Virus record (IMG/VR): IMGVR_UViG_3300013109_000180 | Source of the DNA: an uncultured virus (IMG/VR IMGVR_UViG_3300013109_000180) | Taxonomy: Duplodnaviria > Heunggongvirae > Uroviricota > Caudoviricetes | Direction: 5' to 3' (one strand) | Length of the DNA stretch: 64,000 nt | Part shown: piece by piece, positions 57,333-64,000 of the stretch | Numbering within the stretch: position 1 is the first letter of the stretch | Layout of the letters: each line of letters opens with the position of its first letter | Notes under the pieces: model-generated | The model's input: only the letters and a program-made list of their open reading frames with translations | Told to the model about the DNA's origin: nothing | The model's database searches: none | Translations under genes and position numbers: made by a program

Positions 57333-58618
57333 TATATTCCTGTTCCTATACTATCATTTGTACTGTATCCAAGTACCCATTTTACATCACAGGTTAAATC
57401 ATTATCATTGGGGTCTGTACCTGAAAACCAGCATTTGTTTATTTCTTGTAATCTTGTTATTAGATTAGCAAAACTGTTTTCTAGTGTAAATGGTTCACTC
57501 ATAACTTTTAATAATACATAACTGTATATGTTACTTGCCCAGAAAAACGTACTTGAATTATTGTCTAATAATTTTGTTATTTTGTCATGATCTTGGACAA
57601 GATCTACCTTTAAAAATTCATGTTTACATAGTTTTACTTGTATCCAAAAATCCAGCCAGTTATCCATACCACCGAACTGTTCTACTATATTTAACCATTG
57701 TTTACTCACAAATCGCAATAATTGTGTATTTGCATCAGGGTTATCTTCACACCATTGTTTAACAAACGTTGGATAGTCATTTCCGTCCCATTTTTCCACC
57801 ATTAGACGCTTAAATTCAATGCTGTGTGCGTCAAAATCGTACCATACGAACTTTGTACTATCTATATCTAAACCGTACGTATATGCGTAATATAGCAGTT
57901 TAAACCCGGCTGTAGCACCCACATATTGCTTAAATACCGTGTTTTTTATGTGTTCTGCTACCTTAGGACTACTTGGCTCTGTATTAACAAAATATACAGG
58001 GCTACTGGGTATATTCTTACGTTTAATAATAACTCTGGCCCCTCTTGCTATCGTGTGATCTGTGTACTTTTTACCCATTAACCCATTTAAAAAGTTCTGT
58101 GGATCTGTTTGTGGAGCACCTACTACAATGTTTCTTTGTATTGTTAGACTTAATTCTACAGTACAATCACTTATCCAATTTTCCGCCCAAAACTCATAAT
58201 TTCCAAAGTTAGGTGCTTTAGCTGGCCAGGCAATAAATTCATCTATATTCAACAACATTAAACTATCTAAAAACTTTGGATGTACTGCTGTAATCCAGTC
58301 TTTCTTTTCCAAACGTTTTATATAGTTTAATATTTTCTTTTCAAGTCCATCCGTTTTAGGCCAGCATCCGTCGAACCAAAATGCAACATATTTGTGTCCC
58401 ATTTTTCTAACATGTTCTATCCATTCAATGCTACTAGTATTATACAAATTCACTATGCTAGAAGTCAAGTGATTGTCACACTCTACTTGCTGTAGCATTT
58501 GTAGTTTTTGTTTTAATTCTTCATGTCCGCTAAGGTGTGTGTTTTTTGGTATAAAAACATTTACAACTTCACAGTCACTAACAAATTGATAATCCCAATC
58601 CTTCTCACCTTTTTTCAT
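57332..58618 (-). CDS. Hypothetical two-domain protein, paralog of 55929..57332
   Basis: FWFDGCWP, YFVNTE, WYDFD, WDGNDY, SNIY motifs. Confidence 0.7.
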   Translation of the reverse strand: MKKGEKDWDYQFVSDCEVVNVFIPKNTHLSGHEELKQKLQMLQQVECDNHLTSSIVNLYNTSSIEWIEHVRKMGHKYVAFWFDGCWPKTDGLEKKILNYIKRLEKKDWITAVHPKFLDSLMLLNIDEFIAWPAKAPNFGNYEFWAENWISDCTVELSLTIQRNIVVGAPQTDPQNFLNGLMGKKYTDHTIARGARVIIKRKNIPSSPVYFVNTEPSSPKVAEHIKNTVFKQYVGATAGFKLLYYAYTYGLDIDSTKFVWYDFDAHSIEFKRLMVEKWDGNDYPTFVKQWCEDNPDANTQLLRFVSKQWLNIVEQFGGMDNWLDFWIQVKLCKHEFLKVDLVQDHDKITKLLDNNSSTFFWASNIYSYVLLKVMSEPFTLENSFANLITRLQEINKCWFSGTDPNDNDLTCDVKWVLGYSTNDSIGTGI

Positions 58619-58886
58619 CTACTGCCTCTACATGTATTCCTTTAACCCAATAATACCACTCATGTGCTCTTGCTTTTGCTTCCATGTGTAAAGGATCTTT
58701 TCTCCAGGCTTCAACATCTTCTTTAGTTTTCCATGAGCTAATTGTTATTTCAACATCATCTTTTTCTTCAGATATTATATCAATGAAGCCAGGAAGTGTT
58801 TCTGCTTTTTCTCTGACCCGTTTACTATAATCATAATAGTCATCGTTAAAATTTTTAATCTTTGCTATAAAAAATACTTTAATCAT
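58605..58886 (-). CDS. Antibiotic biosynthesis monooxygenase (ABM) family protein
   Basis: LPGFI...ITISSW...AWRKDPLHMEAK...WY. Confidence 0.8.
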   Translation of the reverse strand: MIKVFFIAKIKNFNDDYYDYSKRVREKAETLPGFIDIISEEKDDVEITISSWKTKEDVEAWRKDPLHMEAKARAHEWYYWVKGIHVEAVDEKR

Positions 58887-60108
58887 TTGTTAGCCTTTCA
58901 TGTACTGCTTTCATATCTTCTGGTTGCATACCCAAATGGTCATTTACCATTGATTTTAATGTTATATCCTTTGGGTATCTTTCTTCTAAATCTCTATTAT
59001 ATTTTCTCATCTTTGCATAGTCACGTATGTTAGGCTGGTTGTTTTCCATATACGTTATAAACTTTTGCATTTCTGGATGTTCATTTAATGCACTTTTTAA
59101 CTTATTAATAATTGCTTCTCTGTATTCTGCTGGCCAGACACTTGGTGCTAAGTATCTAGGTGTTTGCAAAATGTTAGCAGTAATAAATCTCAAATCAACT
59201 TCACTGTTTTTCCAAAATGTATAAAACTCTGGTAAGTGAAATATATTATGTGCTTGTATTGTAATACCAGCCGCTACGTCTATTGTTGGTTCGGCGTTAA
59301 GGACCAGCATATTAGCATATACATTATCCCAATCACCATCTTGGCGTATAAAGTTATACACACCTTTAATACCGTCCATACTTACTTTAATATTTACACT
59401 TTTAAATTCATTCCAAATTTTAACTAAATCATATTGTTTAAATTTTATATAACTTAAATTACTAGCATAACGTAATTTAATATTTTTCTTTAATTGCTGA
59501 GGTATAGAATCTAATAAGTCATAATGCTCTTTATTAATAATAGGCTCACCACCTGTAAATTGTAATGTATGAACATGGTCCCATAGTTCGGGCCATTCAT
59601 TTAAACTGTCAAATAGTGTTGTTGGCCTTAGTAATCTAGTTTCGTGCCCAGCTTCTTGATACTTTGTTATTATATCTAAATCCTTAACACGTTTGTAAGA
59701 GCTGTGTGTGCTACACATAATGCACTTTAGGTTACAGAAGTTACTAACTTTGAGTTCAATCCACTTAGGGCTATTGTTAACACTATAGTCATCATTAACT
59801 TCTATGACATTGGCAAATTCATCCCAATTGTCATCTTCCCATTGTTGACGATTGCTCACAATGCCACTATCCTCGTTGTGCCAGCACACGTTACAGCGTT
59901 CTGGTCTTTCGTCCGATGCCAGAGCACGTCTTAGCTCTCGGTAGTTTTCATTATTCCAACTATCCAGAGCACTTTCATTCTTCTTATTCAATGGTATCTC
60001 CTGCGCCTCACAGCAAGGCACTATGTTTCCACCTGCAGTTCCGTAGATATGCATAAATGGTAACATACAAAATGTTTTACTTTGTTTTAGTTTTTCTTTA
60101 TTAATCAT
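58879..60108 (-). CDS. Radical SAM protein, N-terminal twitch
   Basis: CMLPF...PCC...CNVC; CNLKCIMC; TGGEPI. Confidence 0.92.
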   Translation of the reverse strand: MINKEKLKQSKTFCMLPFMHIYGTAGGNIVPCCEAQEIPLNKKNESALDSWNNENYRELRRALASDERPERCNVCWHNEDSGIVSNRQQWEDDNWDEFANVIEVNDDYSVNNSPKWIELKVSNFCNLKCIMCSTHSSYKRVKDLDIITKYQEAGHETRLLRPTTLFDSLNEWPELWDHVHTLQFTGGEPIINKEHYDLLDSIPQQLKKNIKLRYASNLSYIKFKQYDLVKIWNEFKSVNIKVSMDGIKGVYNFIRQDGDWDNVYANMLVLNAEPTIDVAAGITIQAHNIFHLPEFYTFWKNSEVDLRFITANILQTPRYLAPSVWPAEYREAIINKLKSALNEHPEMQKFITYMENNQPNIRDYAKMRKYNRDLEERYPKDITLKSMVNDHLGMQPEDMKAVHERLTND

Positions 60109-61240
60109 AATTCATATACTTTAATATATTAGCAAACTTAGGAGCCATGCTTATATCTTGTCCACGATGTGCTAATATTCTTTTTAGCTCTATTATGTAT
60201 TCTTCTGTTTTATCATTCTGTGCATTAGTTACAACAGAACACAAATTGTTTAATAGTTTATAACTAGCATCAAACTTATTGCTATTTTTATTAAAACCCA
60301 TGTATTGTTGATCTATTGTTAGTTTTAATAATCTTCTATATTCATTGCTCCAATGCTCAACACTTAAATAATGAGGTTCATATACTGTTTGTAGCATTAC
60401 TCCTATTCCTTTATGCACTCTTGCCCAATGTATAAACTCATGCATCTGTGGAGCGTTAATGACGCTTATAGTGGTGGCTGTAGCTATTTTTAAGCGTCCT
60501 GTAGCGTCTTTAAGCTCTATCCACTTGTCAAGTGTAGTCTCAATTTTATTCCATTTACTAGGGTAACGTAGAAGGTCGTTTGTACTTTCAACTCCATCAA
60601 TGCTAGGACTTAGTTGTATACGTTTAAATTTTAACAATGCATCTAATTCTAGTTTTGCTGGATACCATGTACAGTTTGTAAATATTTCTAAGTCGATCTG
60701 TCCTGCTAGTCCGCTGTCCGCTAATCTAACGACTAAGTTTAAAAACTGTCTATGCAAAAATGGTTCTCCACCTGTTACTTTAATAAACTTAACATGCTCT
60801 AATTTACCTAAGTCTAAATTATCTAAGTCGTATTCTTGTACTTCCTTTAACTTCTTTATTTTTGCCTCGTCACTAATACCTAATGCAAGTTCATCTTTAT
60901 CCCAGGTGTGACTAAAGTCACTTCCGCAACTTAAACAAGCCAAGTTACAAAGCCTACCTACTGTTATTTCTAAATATTCTAAACGTATTGTATCTGTAAA
61001 GTCATCAAAGAATTCATCAGCTTCAGTTCTCATACTGCTACCTTTCATTTCTTCATCTGACTTACATTTATAACAACCAGGGTGCCATTCGTTACGCATC
61101 ATTGTTTCACGTATCTCATCAAACCCTCTATCTGTAAGAAACCTATTATGGAATCTACAACAAGGTGTAGAAGGTTGTCCATGCATAAGCATCTCTGCTT
61201 TAAATGGATAAGCACAGGCATTACTAGGTAGTCTATTCAT
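60101..61240 (-). CDS. Radical SAM protein, N-terminal twitch
   Basis: CAYPF...PCC...CYKC; CNLACLSC; TGGEPF. Confidence 0.92.
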   Translation of the reverse strand: MNRLPSNACAYPFKAEMLMHGQPSTPCCRFHNRFLTDRGFDEIRETMMRNEWHPGCYKCKSDEEMKGSSMRTEADEFFDDFTDTIRLEYLEITVGRLCNLACLSCGSDFSHTWDKDELALGISDEAKIKKLKEVQEYDLDNLDLGKLEHVKFIKVTGGEPFLHRQFLNLVVRLADSGLAGQIDLEIFTNCTWYPAKLELDALLKFKRIQLSPSIDGVESTNDLLRYPSKWNKIETTLDKWIELKDATGRLKIATATTISVINAPQMHEFIHWARVHKGIGVMLQTVYEPHYLSVEHWSNEYRRLLKLTIDQQYMGFNKNSNKFDASYKLLNNLCSVVTNAQNDKTEEYIIELKRILAHRGQDISMAPKFANILKYMNYD

Positions 61241-62138
61241 AAAAGTTTCCTTTTGTTTTGTGACGTTTTAATGCTTTTGCAATATTAATTCTGTTATATA
61301 TTCCATCTCTATGAAACTCATCATACTTAGGTCCTTTTGGTGCTAGTGCAATATGTACTGTGTTTGTCATTTCAAATCCATAATGTTCACATACAGCAAT
61401 ATGTGAATCTAAATATTTTTTAGGAATAGTGTCGGGTCCAAATTTTTCCATAAGCCTGTTAGCAATTGCTGTCGCTAAATGATTTCCATGATTCCAATCT
61501 GTTTGTACTTCTAAACTACCTTCGTTTATACGTGAGAATACAATACCACTACGCCAGTTACCACAACTTAATCCTTTTGTAGTACTAAACACAACCATTT
61601 TAATACACGGTTCATCTAAATTTATTTCAATATCAAAACAAGTTCCAAACCATGCACAATCTACTAGTACTGGAATTTTTAATTGATTACATATTTTAAT
61701 TATATCGTTCCACCTTTCAGGAACACGCCCAGTACCACTAAATGGTACACTTACTAAAACTGCATCGCCTTGTGTTAATCCTATGTCGTCAATACTATGT
61801 GACCATTCTATTTTCTTTTGCATATAAACATCTCTATTATACGGGTACTCGCCTCTAAACATTTTAAGGTTAAGATTATTTACTGAGCAATAGTAATGCC
61901 ACCAATCTAATGTTTGTGTAGTTCCTACACTTGCAAAACGATAAGGAAATGCATCTAGTCCATTAAACTTGTTTAGTTTACTGCTTTCAATCCATCCTTG
62001 ATATCTATCCAACATAATGTTAGATTCATCAGCTAGTGTTGATATATCTATATTAGGAAAGAATGTTTCATTTAAATAATCAAAATATGGTTGGTTCCAT
62101 ACACTGTTTCCTGTTTTTCCAAAGTCTGGGTTATTCAT
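61233..62138 (-). CDS. Fold-type I PLP-dependent enzyme (aminotransferase-like)
   Basis: VPFSGTG, VLVDCAWF, VFSTTKG...RSG (PLP Lys). Confidence 0.75.
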   Translation of the reverse strand: MNNPDFGKTGNSVWNQPYFDYLNETFFPNIDISTLADESNIMLDRYQGWIESSKLNKFNGLDAFPYRFASVGTTQTLDWWHYYCSVNNLNLKMFRGEYPYNRDVYMQKKIEWSHSIDDIGLTQGDAVLVSVPFSGTGRVPERWNDIIKICNQLKIPVLVDCAWFGTCFDIEINLDEPCIKMVVFSTTKGLSCGNWRSGIVFSRINEGSLEVQTDWNHGNHLATAIANRLMEKFGPDTIPKKYLDSHIAVCEHYGFEMTNTVHIALAPKGPKYDEFHRDGIYNRINIAKALKRHKTKGNFYE

Positions 62139-63381
62139 TATATAATTTTAATTCCTTTATTAGTGCAAACGTGTCTGTGCCACGTAATCTATCCAAGTCT
62201 TCAGTATACTTAACAAACCAATTCCATTGCTTTTTTTGTTCTGCTTCGTCTACTTCAACTTGTAATCCGTCACGAATAGCATGGATGCCTGTTTGATAAT
62301 GTATTTCATCTGCATGATAACTTCCTTTAGGCCAAATGCTTTGATCTGGAATCTGTAGTAATTTATCATACATAATGTACTTTAATACGTCTGGCATGAA
62401 TGCAATATTGAGGTATGTAGGATTTACTACTACGTTGCTCATGCTTATACTTGCTCTATGTACATGTTTTTCTTTAAACCAATTCCATACTTTATCTAAC
62501 CCAAATACATTTGTTAGCATAACTGTCACGGCAAACACAACTTCAATGTTTGGGTATTCGTAAAACTTTTCTATGTTTCTTTCTAAATCTTCAAATGTGT
62601 ATTGTCCACCACGTACTACACTATATAATTCGTCAACTGCTTCTATACTAATAAGTAATTCAATGTGCTTAAAATGTTTAAATATTTTTTGAAAATCTTC
62701 ATCAAATACTGTTGCATTTGTACTAATATCTAACATAATGTTTTTTGCTAGTCCTTGATCAATAAACCATTGTAATATTGCTTTACAACTTTCATCATAT
62801 AAAGGTTCGCCGCCTCTTAGTGCTACCCACTGTAAGTTACGAAAATATTCTGGGTCTGCAAATAAGTTATCAAGGAATGACATATCTTCCACACCGTGAT
62901 AACCAATTTGTTGTTGAGTCCAGTATTCTGGTGCTTCTTTGTTTAATTTCTTTCCGTCTTTGGTCCAACCTGTGCTAACAAATGGGTTACAATGTATACA
63001 TGCTAGGTTGCATTTATTACTAATTGTAAAGTCTAAATAACGTATATCGGGCTTACTGTCTACGGTATTTTTAATACTACCACGTTTTACATCTTCATCT
63101 AGTTTATCCCAAAAATACATTCTACGGCTTTTGCCGCTTTGTTCTTTTTTAGTACACGCCAAACATGCCTTAGGTACTATTCTATCTGCGTGTGACTTTC
63201 TTAATGCTACTGCTTCGTCACTATTCAAAATTTCAGGTAATGTTTGTTTTGTAATGTTACCAAATTTTCCATTATAGATAATGTCCGGCAATACATTACC
63301 ACCCCATTTAATAGTCAATGCGTTCCAAGGTGCAAGGCACGTTGGATAGCGAGTATCGTTTAACATTGGATTAACGTACAT
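62131..63381 (-). CDS. Radical SAM protein, N-terminal twitch (variant)
   Basis: CLAPW...PDII...CLAC; CNLACIHC; RGGEPL. Confidence 0.9.
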   Translation of the reverse strand: MYVNPMLNDTRYPTCLAPWNALTIKWGGNVLPDIIYNGKFGNITKQTLPEILNSDEAVALRKSHADRIVPKACLACTKKEQSGKSRRMYFWDKLDEDVKRGSIKNTVDSKPDIRYLDFTISNKCNLACIHCNPFVSTGWTKDGKKLNKEAPEYWTQQQIGYHGVEDMSFLDNLFADPEYFRNLQWVALRGGEPLYDESCKAILQWFIDQGLAKNIMLDISTNATVFDEDFQKIFKHFKHIELLISIEAVDELYSVVRGGQYTFEDLERNIEKFYEYPNIEVVFAVTVMLTNVFGLDKVWNWFKEKHVHRASISMSNVVVNPTYLNIAFMPDVLKYIMYDKLLQIPDQSIWPKGSYHADEIHYQTGIHAIRDGLQVEVDEAEQKKQWNWFVKYTEDLDRLRGTDTFALIKELKLYNE

Positions 63382-63998
63382 TATTTACACACCCCACAAT
63401 TCTTTCTACATACTTTCCAATCTGCATTTTCTATTGCATTGTTTAATATATCATTAAACCAATAGCCGTTTAATATATCTTTTAACGAATTATCATGTAA
63501 GTTATTATCTCTCTGACCTTTATTAATTAAATTATCATCTTCTGCTTCTTGGCTAAAGTCACTAGCTATAGACATAGATTCTGATGCCCTATCGCCACCA
63601 TATAAACTTATATGACAACACGGCCATACAGTACCCCATGGATCAATTTGTACTTCACCTTCGTCCTTCCATGGACATTTGCTTGGTATATGATTTTCGT
63701 TTAATTCTTCAAATATGTCATTTGCCCTTAGCCATATTCTATCTCTATTATCACTTACTGGATGGTCATTTTCTTCAAACCGTGCTGACATTTGCGGTTT
63801 ATCGGTTCCAACAATATAATTTTTATCATTTGATGGATAATATCCACTTATATGATAGTCTTCACCCTCATCTATAATTTGCATTTCTGCACTGTGACTT
63901 CTTCTTGCGACAAACTCTCGTACTCCTAACTGCCTTGATAATTCTTTAACTTCTTCAATTTGATGTTTGTTATGTTCAAACATAGTCATTTGTACATT
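63381..63998 (-). CDS. 5'-truncated radical SAM protein, C-terminal SPASM part
   Basis: Frame open to the window edge; FEHNKHQI, CPW...IDPWGTVWPCC...CRKNC. Confidence 0.75.
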   Translation of the reverse strand, partial: NVQMTMFEHNKHQIEEVKELSRQLGVREFVARRSHSAEMQIIDEGEDYHISGYYPSNDKNYIVGTDKPQMSARFEENDHPVSDNRDRIWLRANDIFEELNENHIPSKCPWKDEGEVQIDPWGTVWPCCHISLYGGDRASESMSIASDFSQEAEDDNLINKGQRDNNLHDNSLKDILNGYWFNDILNNAIENADWKVCRKNCGVCK

Positions 63999-64000
63999 TG

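Noticed and set aside
174..63877. Many short opposite-strand ORFs in the track (e.g. 343..720, 3642..4178, 23251..23670, 45908..46330)
   Set aside because: They are shadows of well-supported genes on the other strand, with no RBS or recognisable motifs.
1..64000. Alternative genetic code (stop-codon reassignment) as in some large phages
   Set aside because: Long conserved genes are intact in code 11, and TAA, TAG and TGA all end genes at coupled junctions.

Overview
AT-rich, densely coding segment of a large T4-like (Tevenvirinae/Kyanoviridae-style) tailed phage genome read in standard code 11. The evidence is a gp43-like family-B DNA polymerase, a gp44-like clamp loader, ATAAATA late promoters, canonical sigma70 promoters and head-protein-like ORFs. 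The host is probably an aquatic proteobacterium (inference only). Layout: (1) 1-13.7 kb, late genes whose products look like virion-packaged internal proteins, with M-K/R-I/L N-termini and many hydrophobic-x-E putative prohead-protease sites. They include a Pol-beta-type nucleotidyltransferase and a PD-(D/E)xK-like protein, with two radical SAM genes inserted among them. (2) 14.6-19.3 kb, a DNA methyltransferase and DNA polymerase. (3) 19.3-25 kb, short early genes behind a phage-specific promoter class, plus a candidate structured RNA leader. (4) 25-44 kb, auxiliary metabolism: M17 peptidase, ferredoxin, FTR1-like permease, Nfu, IscA, APRT, a second purine PRTase, PRPP synthetase, MazG, GroES, ClpP and an ExbB/MotA-like membrane trio. 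(5) 44.3-64 kb, a gap-free minus-strand operon of at least 21 genes with 11 complete radical SAM cores, one partial radical SAM, one stand-alone SPASM domain, and 2OG-Fe(II), PLP, SDR, SGNH and ABM enzymes. The best candidate for an undescribed system is this massive radical-SAM tailoring array together with a phage-encoded Fe-S supply module and possible late-expressed substrates. No tRNA, rRNA, CRISPR array or transposase was seen. All product calls rest on motif recognition by eye, not database searches.
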